A stretch of DNA of 64,000 bases from Candidatus Saccharimonadia bacterium (lineage in GTDB: Bacteria > Patescibacteriota > Saccharimonadia > UBA4664), in assembly GCA_036488585.1 (NCBI GenBank), contig DASXHH010000009.1:366-64365 (forward strand), written 5' to 3'. The number at the start of each line of letters is the position of its first letter. The first letter of the stretch is position 1. Of this stretch, positions 1 through 8,984 are shown piece after piece. The notes under the pieces were generated by a model, which did not search any database, was not told the origin of the DNA, and saw only the letters and a program-made list of their open reading frames with translations. The position numbers and the translations under genes were made by a program.

Positions 1-268
1 AACTAGCCCAGTCGCCGCGAGGGCCAGGGCAGTAAGCAGTTTTCTTGACGAGCTCCCTATACATATAAAACGCCGGGTGTTCAGACCTGTTCCTCACAAA
101 CTACTTACGCTTTTCATTATGAACTAATTGTGAACCATGCTCAAGTTAAAAAATGGCCATTTTTGACGTTCAGATAAGCAAGATAGTTAACTCCGGTAAA
201 GAATTTACTTATTAAGTAAATTATGGTTAAATAATTTCGAAATTCCACCGATATCCCCAGGAGAGGGG

Positions 269-994
269 GTGAGTGGCATGTCCATTGAGAACTCAGCGCT
301 TCCGCCGGTCTCTCAGGAGAGGGACCCGGAGGAAATCAGCCACTTCGGAAGATGGGCCATTAAGATCAGCCTGGATACTGCCCTGGGCATGTGGGCGGCT
401 CAGAAGCTGGCGTACCCGCTCCAAATAAAGATGGCTTCGCAGCCGCTGATACTGGTGATGCTGAACCCGATCGCTCCGGCGCTGGCCGACCTGCACGACC
501 ACTACAACTTCTGGCTCTATCTAACCATTGGCGGCTTGCGGTCGTGCATATTTATGCCGACTTCGTACTTTATGGGCCGCTACGGGAAGGAGTACGTGAA
601 GGCTCTGGCTGCTAAGCGCGAGCGCCGCACAGGCCGCCAGCTGATGTGGCCTGGTAAGGCCAGGCGTGGGATCGACCATGTGGTCAGCCCGGTCCGCGAT
701 TGGCTAACTAGCTTTGTAGCGGCCACACCGGTGCTGGCATACCCGTGGGTCTGGCTCAAGGGCCTAGGCCGATGGCTCAAGCCAAGGGTTTTGGACAACT
801 TCGCCAAATGGGGCTGGCTAATGGTCTTTATCCGGCCAAACCAATGGACGCTGATGGCTGCCGGCGCCAAGCGTATGAACCCCTGGGTGACTGGAGCGGC
901 AGCCGTTTCCGGCGAGCTAGCTTGGCTTGTGCTGGTGGCCTACATGGGCCAGCATATACCCCATATTGTGTTGAACATCTTCTCAATCTTTTAG
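269..994 (+). CDS. Membrane protein, possibly DedA/VTT-like
   Basis: 241 aa ORF, GGAGAGGG upstream of GTG, several hydrophobic segments; 'FIRPNQWTLMAAGAKRMNPWV' resembles the DedA C-terminal pattern; hairpin follows. Confidence 0.55.
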   Translation: MSGMSIENSALPPVSQERDPEEISHFGRWAIKISLDTALGMWAAQKLAYPLQIKMASQPLILVMLNPIAPALADLHDHYNFWLYLTIGGLRSCIFMPTSYFMGRYGKEYVKALAAKRERRTGRQLMWPGKARRGIDHVVSPVRDWLTSFVAATPVLAYPWVWLKGLGRWLKPRVLDNFAKWGWLMVFIRPNQWTLMAAGAKRMNPWVTGAAAVSGELAWLVLVAYMGQHIPHIVLNIFSIF

Positions 995-1030
995 ACCCCT
1001 TGTCGCCGTGCAAGGGGTCTTCACTTTTTA
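993..1030 (+). terminator. Intrinsic terminator-like hairpin
   Basis: agaccccttg...caaggggtct inverted repeat right after the stop, T-rich tail. Confidence 0.55.
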
Positions 1031-1189
1031 GTTTACCGTGCAGCGGATTTCGGCGATGAGAAGATGATGGCGCCACAGCACGGAGTTGAATCCAGACTTC
1101 CGGATGGGAGTTTTTCAAGTTCGATGTAAACGTAGCAATTGGCGTTCAGGCCGGCAGCTACACGCTGCCGGCCTGAACTATGGTTGTCC

Positions 1190-1819
1190 TCAGGCGGACC
1201 GTGGCATGAGCGGCGCAGCTGTGCGCCAGGCACGATCTGACAGCGGCTGAACACCGGTCTTGCGGAAGCCCTTGAGCTGCCGGTTGATTGCCAGGGCGAA
1301 ATACCCGGTCGCAAGGAGGGTACACAGACAGGTGAAGATAACGTAGAGGACGAAGCCGATGCTCCCGCCGGAGGCGAGACGGAACAGCTCCTGGTCGTTG
1401 AAGTACCTCTGCTGCTCGGTGTGGTTGAACAGGACCAGCGGGATCCACTTGCCGTGGCGCTGGGCGTGACACATCGTGACGACCTGGCCCGACCAAAGAT
1501 CGACGTTGAAGCCGGTCAGTGAGAAGCTACGCTCGCCCTGCTGGCCAACGAGCCGGAATGAATCGGTGCGCGTCACGTGCGTACCCCGGTTCACGATCAC
1601 CGCGTCGGAAGCCGACAGGTACGTAGCCGTATCGGTGACGGTGGTGGTCTGCGTGCTGCGCGCCCCATTCACAACTCCGGTGAAGGTTTGGATTGGGTAG
1701 CCAAGAACTTCGGTGCCGTCAGTGCTGACGACCATGGGCCTGTGGGCCTTCCGGATTCGTAGGAAGATGGGGATGCTGAAAACACAGCAGACCATCACAT
1801 ACGCGATGAACGCGGTCAA
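1190..1819 (-). CDS. Hypothetical membrane protein
   Basis: 209 aa, N-terminal and C-terminal hydrophobic segments, AGGAGG upstream of TTG start. Confidence 0.6.
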   Translation of the reverse strand: MTAFIAYVMVCCVFSIPIFLRIRKAHRPMVVSTDGTEVLGYPIQTFTGVVNGARSTQTTTVTDTATYLSASDAVIVNRGTHVTRTDSFRLVGQQGERSFSLTGFNVDLWSGQVVTMCHAQRHGKWIPLVLFNHTEQQRYFNDQELFRLASGGSIGFVLYVIFTCLCTLLATGYFALAINRQLKGFRKTGVQPLSDRAWRTAAPLMPRSA

Positions 1820-2128
1820 GGTTGTCCTCCTGCCTGCGTGGGCGGCGAGTTGCCGTCCAGGTGCGACGCCAAGACGTCCGGAAAATTTTAATATGGATTA
1901 GTCAATTAGTAAAGGCTTGGCTAAGGCTAAAAATTGTAGTGGACAGGGCTTGACTCCTGGGCACCACGCCTCGATTTGCGAGGTGAGTGATGCCCAGGAA
2001 GATGCGAGGACGCACAGTTGGATCAGCCGGCGCCGGAGATGCCGACGTTGTATACCACAAACTCCAGTCGAACTCTTGAAGTGGCTGGATCTGCTTAATC
2101 AGTATTGTGTCTCAATCGTTGAAGATAG

Positions 2129-2368
2129 CTAATAGGACGGCTTCGGAGCTCCAGTGGTAATATCGCACACCGATGAGTGGTTGCCCAAGCAAGCATTTAG
2201 CTTATTGATTTCGTATTGGTTGTATAGCCAAGCCTGCGAGGCTCCAGCGTTCGTAATGTCCTGATTATGAATAGTGGTGAAAAGAACGTAGTTAGTGAAT
2301 ATGAGACATAAAGCTAGGAGGCCAATGATGACGTCCCGAAGGTTGAGTTTATATTTTCGTTTTAACAT
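2129..2368 (-). CDS. Small single-TM hypothetical protein (79 aa)
   Basis: MLKRKYKLNLRDVIIGLLALCLIF...; TATAAT 6 nt before ATG at 2368 supports this start rather than 2464. Confidence 0.55.
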   Translation of the reverse strand: MLKRKYKLNLRDVIIGLLALCLIFTNYVLFTTIHNQDITNAGASQAWLYNQYEINKLNACLGNHSSVCDITTGAPKPSY

Positions 2369-2387
2369 AAATGCATTATACACTTTT

Positions 2388-2409
2388 AAGCATAAGAACA
2401 TTGGTGCGC
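2388..2409. repeat. 22-bp direct repeat of tRNA-Leu 3' end plus flank (att-like)
   Basis: aagcataagaacattggtgcgc is identical at 2388-2409 and 5085-5106. Confidence 0.85.
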
Positions 2410-2694
2410 CACACTTCCCAATTCTGGAACCATTTGTTGATAGCTTGCTGCGAGTCGACGTCAAGATAACGAAACTCGGCTTAGTTTACGAAGTCGATCA
2501 AGTTGTTGCCCGCCCGCTGGACGGAGATCCGGTCAAAAATGAACCACCTGAATGCTCAAACTCTTTGCTTAAGCGCTCGGGTGGTGCCGTCCTGGACACC
2601 ACGGGCGCTGTGTTGCACCGTGATGTCCAGGACTGGTACGCCGTTTCGACCCCCCGCAGGGATCGGCCCGAACGGCGACGGGCCGAGTTGTGGA

Positions 2695-3051
2695 TCAGTC
2701 GTGCTGATCCGGTCCGGGGCCGGGGGCCGGCGTGATGTACTCCGGCTCGGCCGGGAGCAGGACGCGCCCGGCTTCCTCGTTCAGGCGGCTCGCCACGAGT
2801 TCGGCCACGACGTTGACGTCGTTGTAGACGTCGTCGCCGGGGATCTCGAGCGATCCGAGGTTGAAGGCGAGCATGCCGTTGCGGCCGACATGGAAGTCGG
2901 CGCTCAGGAGTTCACCCGACGCCCGGAGGCGAGCAAGGACGTCCTCGAGGACGTCCCAGTCCCGCTCATCGGATGTGACCACGCCGGCCAGGTAGGTCGA
3001 ATCGTGGTCCCACTCGACGGTGAACGGGTTGGGGTTGGCGCTAACGGTCAT
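2695..3051 (-). CDS. Acidic hypothetical protein (118 aa)
   Basis: AAGGAGAGG upstream of ATG, strong GC3 bias. Confidence 0.65.
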   Translation of the reverse strand: MTVSANPNPFTVEWDHDSTYLAGVVTSDERDWDVLEDVLARLRASGELLSADFHVGRNGMLAFNLGSLEIPGDDVYNDVNVVAELVASRLNEEAGRVLLPAEPEYITPAPGPGPDQHD

Positions 3052-3117
3052 GACCTCTCCTTGGTATCGACAACCGTGCGTTGCTTATTATACCTTGTTT
3101 CGTATCTGGCGTCAAGT

Positions 3118-3140
3118 TGCGCGAGAGAGGAGTCGAACCT
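3118..3140. repeat. tRNA-Leu 3'-half fragment (att-like)
   Basis: tgcgcgagagaggagtcgaacct is identical to 5102-5124 (acceptor stem and T-arm). Confidence 0.85.
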
Positions 3141-3210
3141 TTTTCCAGATATAAAATTTCGAAAACACAAAAGGCGCCCAAACTGGGACTCTTCTTATTT
3201 TTAGATCTAA

Positions 3211-3223
3211 ATTGGTGCGCGAG
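3211..3223. repeat. tRNA-Leu 3'-end fragment (att-like)
   Basis: attggtgcgcgag is identical to 5097-5109. Confidence 0.7.
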
Positions 3224-3402
3224 GGGTATTTAGATGGAACTCTTTATGCCATGACATCTTGAGTTTGGGCAAGAAATTGACAGAACTGGGGTTGGGTATG
3301 ACAGGCGAAAAGTTGTTCTAACGATCTCGGATCCCTGTTGTACACTAAGCGTAAGCCTTGTGAGGGCTTGGAGAATACAAAAAATTAACAGGGGGACAAA
3401 AA

Positions 3403-4359
3403 ATGCCTCGCGAACTTGATATATTGCTACCCACCAAACTTAAGCCAGGTGATCGCGTCCGCTTCGTATCGCCGGCTAGCCCAGTGCCGAAGGGCGGGCT
3501 AGACAAGGCCGCGGAGGTACTCGAAGGTCTAGGCTTAGCGGTTGAGTACGGAGAGCATGTCTATGATGTGGATGAGACGATTGATTATCTGGCCGGTAAA
3601 GATGAATACCGGCTGGCAGATATTAATGATGCTCTGCGCGATCCTGGTATTAAGGCCATTATTGCTACTCGCGGCGGCAAAGGCGCCTACCGAATTGCTG
3701 ATGGCCTGGATTTTACTGCGGCACTCAAGCACCCAAAGTTAGTGGTTGGCTTTAGCGAAATAACCATTTTGCACATGGTCTTACTTAAGAACTGCGGGCT
3801 AGCCGGCATTCATGGCGCAGCGTGGGACGCTGAGAGGTTCGGCCAGGCGAGTGCTGCGTCATTTGTGAAGGCAGTCATGACCACTGAGCCCGTCACGGTT
3901 CATTCAACAGACAATGAGCATACGCATTTGCTTACGACCAAAGGCAAGGTAACAGGACGACTAATTGGCGGCAATCAGGATTCGATCGCTACAGGCGCCG
4001 GCTGGGCGCTGCCAAGTTTTGACGGCGCAATTTTGTTGCTCGAGGCGTTTAACTTGCGTCTGGGCCATATTGATCGACAACTGACCATGCTTCTAAAGAC
4101 GGGCATTTTTAAGAATATTGCTGGAGTGGCAATTGGTCAGTATACCAACTGCGGTGCCGCGAGTGATCCTACCGCCACTCCTGATGTGCGCTGTACCGAG
4201 ATTGAGATTTTGCGCGATCGCCTCGGTAGCTTAGGCGTGCCGATTTTGGGTGGATTGCCGTTAGGGCATGGAAAGTACCCGATTGCTGTTCCGATTGGTA
4301 CTATGGCGACGCTCGACGCAGACAACGGAGCTCTTACCGCCTCAGCGGGAGTTAAATAG
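3403..4359 (+). CDS. LD-carboxypeptidase, peptidase S66 (LdcA/MccF family)
   Basis: Motifs TRGGKGA, VGFSEIT (Ser), LLEAF (Glu) and LGHG (His) of the S66 triad. Confidence 0.92.
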   Translation: MPRELDILLPTKLKPGDRVRFVSPASPVPKGGLDKAAEVLEGLGLAVEYGEHVYDVDETIDYLAGKDEYRLADINDALRDPGIKAIIATRGGKGAYRIADGLDFTAALKHPKLVVGFSEITILHMVLLKNCGLAGIHGAAWDAERFGQASAASFVKAVMTTEPVTVHSTDNEHTHLLTTKGKVTGRLIGGNQDSIATGAGWALPSFDGAILLLEAFNLRLGHIDRQLTMLLKTGIFKNIAGVAIGQYTNCGAASDPTATPDVRCTEIEILRDRLGSLGVPILGGLPLGHGKYPIAVPIGTMATLDADNGALTASAGVK

Positions 4360-4360
4360 C

Positions 4361-5035
4361 GTGACTCATCAAAAAGAAATACCAGCGCATCCAAGCGATC
4401 TCCAACCCCGAATTGTCCAAAAAGTATATCAACGGCGCGGTTCATTGTACGCATTTCCGACTCTTGATCCAACCAAGACTGCCCTGGTGGTGGTTGACCT
4501 AGATATGGGAACGGCTCGTGATGCTGCAAATCTGCAGCAGGTGGCCGACAACGTAAACGAGCTGGCGACTGCCTTGCGTGATCACGGTGGAACGGTTGCT
4601 TGGGTGATAACCCCAATCCAGAAACCAACTAAAAACTTCCAGGCGGTATTTGGAACGGCCGCGAGTAAGTTTGAGAATATGGGACGGCCGGGCGGGGCGG
4701 CGCATATGCTATGGCCAGAACTCAACCCACCCACAGACACCGATATACGAACTACCAAGTTGGGTCACAGCGCTTTCTTCCCCGGTAAATGTGATCTGAA
4801 TGAGAGGCTGAAAGCCAAGGGTATAGAGTCAATTTTGATCGTGGGGGCGGTCACCAACGTTTGCTGCGAAGCTTCGGCCCGCGATGCGGCGGAACTAGAT
4901 TACCAAGTCACCCTCATTTCTGACGCGATGGCAGGGCTGCCAGGGCTGATTCAGGGAACGCTCACGACATTTTTTCGTTGGTATGGTGACGTGCGAACCT
5001 CGCAGAACGTCATTCAACTCTTAAGCGAGAGTTGA
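4361..5035 (+). CDS. Isochorismatase-family cysteine hydrolase
   Basis: TALVVVDL, K-x3-SAF and GAVTNVCCEASARDA motifs; GTG start 1 nt after the upstream stop. Confidence 0.9.
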   Translation: MTHQKEIPAHPSDLQPRIVQKVYQRRGSLYAFPTLDPTKTALVVVDLDMGTARDAANLQQVADNVNELATALRDHGGTVAWVITPIQKPTKNFQAVFGTAASKFENMGRPGGAAHMLWPELNPPTDTDIRTTKLGHSAFFPGKCDLNERLKAKGIESILIVGAVTNVCCEASARDAAELDYQVTLISDAMAGLPGLIQGTLTTFFRWYGDVRTSQNVIQLLSES

Positions 5036-5063
5036 ATGAGAGTGATGGATGAATAAAAGCGAA

Positions 5064-5083
5064 AAAGACCTCACGAGGTCTTT
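5064..5083. terminator. Hairpin between converging hydrolase gene and tRNA
   Basis: aaagacctc-ac-gaggtcttt with A/T tails on both sides. Confidence 0.6.
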
Positions 5084-5098
5084 AAAGCATAAGAACAT

Positions 5099-5184
5099 TG
5101 GTGCGCGAGAGAGGAGTCGAACCTCCACGTCCTTGCGGACACTAGTACCTGAAACTAGCGTGTCTACCATTCCACCACTCGCGC
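5099..5184 (-). tRNA. tRNA-Leu(CAG)
   Basis: Reverse complement GCGCGAG...CTAGT-TTCAGGT-ACTAG anticodon arm, long variable arm, GGTTCGACTCC T-loop, encoded CCA. Confidence 0.97.
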
Positions 5185-5236
5185 GGGTGGGCGTTAACTG
5201 GGTTACATTAGCATAATTTGGGGGCCTGGGGAAGAG

Positions 5237-6964
5237 TTAGCGAATCGGGATCAGACGGCGGCGGACGGTCCAGCGCTCCACGCCGTAGAAGCGGTCGGCC
5301 GGGGCGACTAGGCGGTGGGCCATTATGCCCGAAACATCGGAGCTGGCGGCATACACGTAAGCGGATTCGTAGAGAACGGCTGCGGGCGCGTCGGCGTCCC
5401 AGGCCTTGAGAAACTCCTCATATTTGCCCTGGCGCACAAGCGGGTCGGACTTCACGCGGCCGGATTCCAAAGCCGAGTCGGCGTCTAGGCTGGAGTAGCC
5501 GGAGAGATTAACACCGGGGTCTTTCGCCTGACTCGAGTGCCAGAATGAGTAGACATCGGGGTCGGAGCCGAGGTTCACGCCGTAGAGGAGCATTTGGAAG
5601 TTGCGCGGGCGCATGTAGGTTTGCTGAAGTTCGTTCTGATCGACGGCGGTAATACTGAGATTTATGCCGAGGGCCGACCACTGGTGCTGAATGTCTTTAG
5701 CGGCGAGCTCAAGCGGACTGCCCGCCAGGGTGACCAGCCTGAGGTGGAGCTGGCCGGGTTTGTAGCCGGCGGCAACCAGGGCTTTTTTGGCATCGGCAGA
5801 GCTGAGAGGGCCGGGGTAGTACTGGTTGGTATAGCCGGTTTGGCCCGGCAGGATGGGTTGAGTAACGGCCACGCCTTGGCCAGCCGAGGCCTGCTGCATG
5901 ACTTCGCCCCGGTCGATGGAGCGCGACAGGATGAGGCGCAAGGTTTTGTCCTTGAGCGTGGAGTCGCCGGTGGCGAAGAACAAAGTGGTCTCCTCGGGCA
6001 ATGTGAAGGTGTACTCGGTGAGTCCAACCGCCGACCGGGCCTGAGAGGCAACTTCGGGCTCGATGCGGCCCGGTGAAGTCACCTGGCGGGCGGCGTAGGC
6101 GGTGAGGGTTTGGGCCGGCGTGTCGTAGAATTTGAACATGAACTCGTCAAGTTTTGGCTTGCCAAAGTAATAATTGGGGTTGGCAGTGAGTTCAATTTCT
6201 TTGGCGGAGGGGGCAAAGGTTTTGAGCTTGAATGGGCCGGTACCCACAGGGTTCTGGTTGAAATCGGCCTCGCGCAACTGCGATGGCTCCACGTTTTCGA
6301 GCAAGTGCCGGGGAACGATGCCGACGGTGGTCGAATCGAGGAACGAATCGAGGGGCTGCGGCAGCTTCATGACCACGGTGTAATTATCGGGGGTGTCACA
6401 GGTGACGCCCTGCCAGGATGAAGCCAGCGGCGAACGGGAGTCGGGGTTTTGGATGGCGGTGAGGGTGAAGGCGACATCCGCAGAGGTGAACGGCACACCA
6501 TCGTGCCACTTGACGCCATGGCGCAGGTGGAAGGTGTAGGTTTTGCCGTCTGGCGAGACATCCCAGCTAGTGGCTAGATCCGGCACGTGCTGGCGGCGCG
6601 AGTTGTAACGGGTAAGGCCGGAGAAGACGAGACGATTAATATCGTCGGCGGTAGCTGATTCGGGAAGCAGCGGGTTGAGGGTTTGCACGGTGCCCACGGC
6701 CGCCTCGGTGTAGGTGCCGCCGGGAAAGCCGACCGCCGTGGTATAGAGCCGGTCGAGCGCACCCATTTGCTGCAGCAAGCCAACGAAGGCGACCGCCGCC
6801 AGCGCCCACCACAGCAGCAAGAAGCGCCGTACCACCCTCACCTGGTGCCATTTGCCCCAGATGTGGCGGTCTATGTAGTTGCGGGACCATTGGCGCCAGA
6901 TGCGGGTGTTGCGGCGCGCTCGACGCACCGCCCTGCGCCATCGGAACCGAAAATAGTTAAACAT
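5237..6964 (-). CDS. ABC transporter substrate-binding protein, family 5 (OppA/DppA-like)
   Basis: 'PDLATSWDVSPDGKTYTFHLRHGVKWHDG' and 'PVGTGPF' SBP_bac_5 motifs; N-terminal TM anchor. Confidence 0.92.
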   Translation of the reverse strand: MFNYFRFRWRRAVRRARRNTRIWRQWSRNYIDRHIWGKWHQVRVVRRFLLLWWALAAVAFVGLLQQMGALDRLYTTAVGFPGGTYTEAAVGTVQTLNPLLPESATADDINRLVFSGLTRYNSRRQHVPDLATSWDVSPDGKTYTFHLRHGVKWHDGVPFTSADVAFTLTAIQNPDSRSPLASSWQGVTCDTPDNYTVVMKLPQPLDSFLDSTTVGIVPRHLLENVEPSQLREADFNQNPVGTGPFKLKTFAPSAKEIELTANPNYYFGKPKLDEFMFKFYDTPAQTLTAYAARQVTSPGRIEPEVASQARSAVGLTEYTFTLPEETTLFFATGDSTLKDKTLRLILSRSIDRGEVMQQASAGQGVAVTQPILPGQTGYTNQYYPGPLSSADAKKALVAAGYKPGQLHLRLVTLAGSPLELAAKDIQHQWSALGINLSITAVDQNELQQTYMRPRNFQMLLYGVNLGSDPDVYSFWHSSQAKDPGVNLSGYSSLDADSALESGRVKSDPLVRQGKYEEFLKAWDADAPAAVLYESAYVYAASSDVSGIMAHRLVAPADRFYGVERWTVRRRLIPIR

Positions 6965-6968
6965 GGGC

Positions 6969-7190
6969 TTACTTCTTTGAAAGAATGCTCAAAATTACAG
7001 ACAGAACGAGGATAACGGCCGTGATGATGGTGGCATTAAAAATTACAGCCTCAGCGCCACGACGGGAGCGGTAGTAGCTGGTATCGCCGCCGAAGGCCGC
7101 GCCCAAGCTCTGGCCGCGGGATTGGATGAGGATAAACATTATGGTGAGCAGCGCCGAAATGACGGTAATGATATTAAATATGTTCTTCAT
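6969..7190 (-). CDS. secG: Preprotein translocase subunit SecG
   Basis: 73 aa, two TM helices, ILIQSRGQSLGAAFGG...RRGAE loop. Confidence 0.92.
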   Translation of the reverse strand: MKNIFNIITVISALLTIMFILIQSRGQSLGAAFGGDTSYYRSRRGAEAVIFNATIITAVILVLSVILSILSKK

Positions 7191-7542
7191 GCTTGGGCTC
7201 CAGAAGTTCAGTTAGCAGGTAGTTTACGATCCATACCACCACCGTGGCTAGGACTGCGGTCCAAAACGAGCGTAGGTGGAACTTGGGATAGATAACCGTC
7301 ACAAGATAGAGCATGAAGGCATTTATCACAAGGGTGAACAGCCCGAGCGTAAGTACAATGGCCGGTAGCGACAACAGCACCACCAACGGCCGAATGACGG
7401 CGTTGACCACCGAGAAGATGAGCGCAGCCACTACTAGAATGCTGAGCTTGTCGTTGTACTGAATGCTGCCCGTCATTAATTCGGCGGCAGCCCAGAGGCC
7501 GAGGAAGTTGACGAGCCAGCGCAAGATAAATTTGCGGATCAT
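7174..7542 (-). CDS. YvlD/DUF360 4-TM membrane protein (phage holin family 4_2)
   Basis: 'VNAVIRPLVVLLSLPAIVLTLGLFTLVINA' signature. Confidence 0.88.
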   Translation of the reverse strand: MIRKFILRWLVNFLGLWAAAELMTGSIQYNDKLSILVVAALIFSVVNAVIRPLVVLLSLPAIVLTLGLFTLVINAFMLYLVTVIYPKFHLRSFWTAVLATVVVWIVNYLLTELLEPKHEEHI

Positions 7543-7563
7543 GACCCGACTATGTTAGCACAA

Positions 7564-7695
7564 TTACCGCTTCTTGCGTAGGAGCTTGCCCAGCGAGAAC
7601 ACGCTCGCACCCGTTACCTTCATGCGAGGCGTGCGTTTGCGTTCGCGAGCGGCGGCCCGGCGGATGGCTTTGTCGATGTGATAGCCGCGGCTCAT
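7564..7695 (-). CDS. Small basic protein (43 aa)
   Basis: MSRGYHIDKAIRRAAARERKRTPRMKVTGASVFSLGKLLRKKR; ATGA overlap with the pepP stop. Confidence 0.6.
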   Translation of the reverse strand: MSRGYHIDKAIRRAAARERKRTPRMKVTGASVFSLGKLLRKKR

Positions 7696-8951
7696 GATTT
7701 GGCTGATTTGCTTAATAGCTCTTCGAGCTGATCGGGGTCTGAAGGGATGTCGCGGGAGATAACTTCGCACCCACCGGTGGTGATGAGCAGATCGTCTTCG
7801 AGCCGTACCCCTATCCCCTCTGTTTTTAGGTAGAGGCCGGGCTCGCAGGTGATGACCATGCCGGGCTCGAGTGGGGCTCGGAAATCAGAGTTGTCATGGG
7901 CATCGAGGCCCATTTGATGAGAGATGTGACCGGGATAGTAGTTAAAAAGCGGACCTTTGAGGCCGAGTTTTTTGATTTCTTCGGTGAGGACCTCGCGCAT
8001 ATGGTTGTCGACGCTCACGATGGATTCGCCGGGTTTACAACGGGCGATACCAGCGAGCTGGGCCCGGCGCAGAGCCTCGTAAGTATCGCGCTGGCGCTTG
8101 GTGAATCGACCCGATACAGGGGCGACGCGGCTAATGTCTGAGGCATACCAGCCCATTTCGGCGCCGGTATCGAATAAGACGAGGTCGTGATCGCCGAGCG
8201 GAGCGTCATTTTTCATGTAATGGATGATGGTGGCATTACGGCCGGCGGCTACAATTGGCGTGAAGGCGTGGCCGGTGGCTCCGTGGCGTAGGTATTCGGC
8301 GGTGAGCTCGGCCTCAAGCGCGTATTCGGGCAGCCCCGGCGACATGGCCAACCACGCCCGCTCGAGGCCAGCCTTAGTGGTGGCGACGGCGCGGCGGATT
8401 TGCTCGATTTCGGCCGGGTCTTTAATTTGGCGGTGGTGGTTAAGCTGTGGTAGGGCGGAGCGGAGTTGGTGGAGAGGTGCTCGGCGGCGCAGTTCTCTGG
8501 CTCGGCGAGTAGCGGGCGAGGATTGGTGCGAATCGAGCGATTCGTCGGCATTGAGATAAACAGTGTGGTAACGCTCGAGTAATCGATTGAGCAGACGCGG
8601 CAGGTCCGAGAGCGGCATAACGGTTTTAATGCCAGATAGTTTTTCGGCCTGTCTTGGCGTGAGGCGCTCCCCTTCCCAGGTGCCCACAAAGTCGTTGGTA
8701 CCGCTCACGAACAACAACTGGCGGGCCTCAGGGTTAGAGTGACCGGGTACCAGCACCAGCACCGCCTCAGGTTCAGCGATGCCGGTGAGGTAGTAGAAGT
8801 TGGAGTCGGGGCGGAACGGATACTCGGCATCGGCGCTGCGCATGATTACATCGGACGTATCGATAATGGCGATAGCTTCGGGGCCGATAGCTTCCTCGAG
8901 TTTGGATCGGGCCGCGGCATGGAATTTCGGCGGCAGGGGTTCGTAGCGCAT
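7692..8951 (-). CDS. pepP: Xaa-Pro aminopeptidase (M24B)
   Basis: AMP_N 'YPFRPDSNFYYLTG', metal ligands DTG..SDISR, HQMGLDAHD, EPG, EDD. Confidence 0.93.
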   Translation of the reverse strand: MRYEPLPPKFHAAARSKLEEAIGPEAIAIIDTSDVIMRSADAEYPFRPDSNFYYLTGIAEPEAVLVLVPGHSNPEARQLLFVSGTNDFVGTWEGERLTPRQAEKLSGIKTVMPLSDLPRLLNRLLERYHTVYLNADESLDSHQSSPATRRARELRRRAPLHQLRSALPQLNHHRQIKDPAEIEQIRRAVATTKAGLERAWLAMSPGLPEYALEAELTAEYLRHGATGHAFTPIVAAGRNATIIHYMKNDAPLGDHDLVLFDTGAEMGWYASDISRVAPVSGRFTKRQRDTYEALRRAQLAGIARCKPGESIVSVDNHMREVLTEEIKKLGLKGPLFNYYPGHISHQMGLDAHDNSDFRAPLEPGMVITCEPGLYLKTEGIGVRLEDDLLITTGGCEVISRDIPSDPDQLEELLSKSAKS

Positions 8952-8984
8952 ACGCGTATTGTACCTGACGGTAGGCCGGCGGTC

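Noticed and set aside
2503-3204. 233-aa plus-strand ORF
   Set aside because: Antisense shadow of 2695-3051, which has the SD and codon bias; it also runs across an att-like fragment.
3341-3360. GCTTA(T/C)GCTTA-like motif as a specific regulator site
   Set aside because: Similar words occur in many unrelated intergenic regions (2385, 5084, 55135, 56512, 57645) and often overlap -10 elements, so specificity is unsupported.
7174-7542. Holin-family gene as evidence of a prophage
   Set aside because: YvlD/DUF360 proteins are common chromosomal membrane proteins; no phage structural, terminase or integrase genes are nearby.
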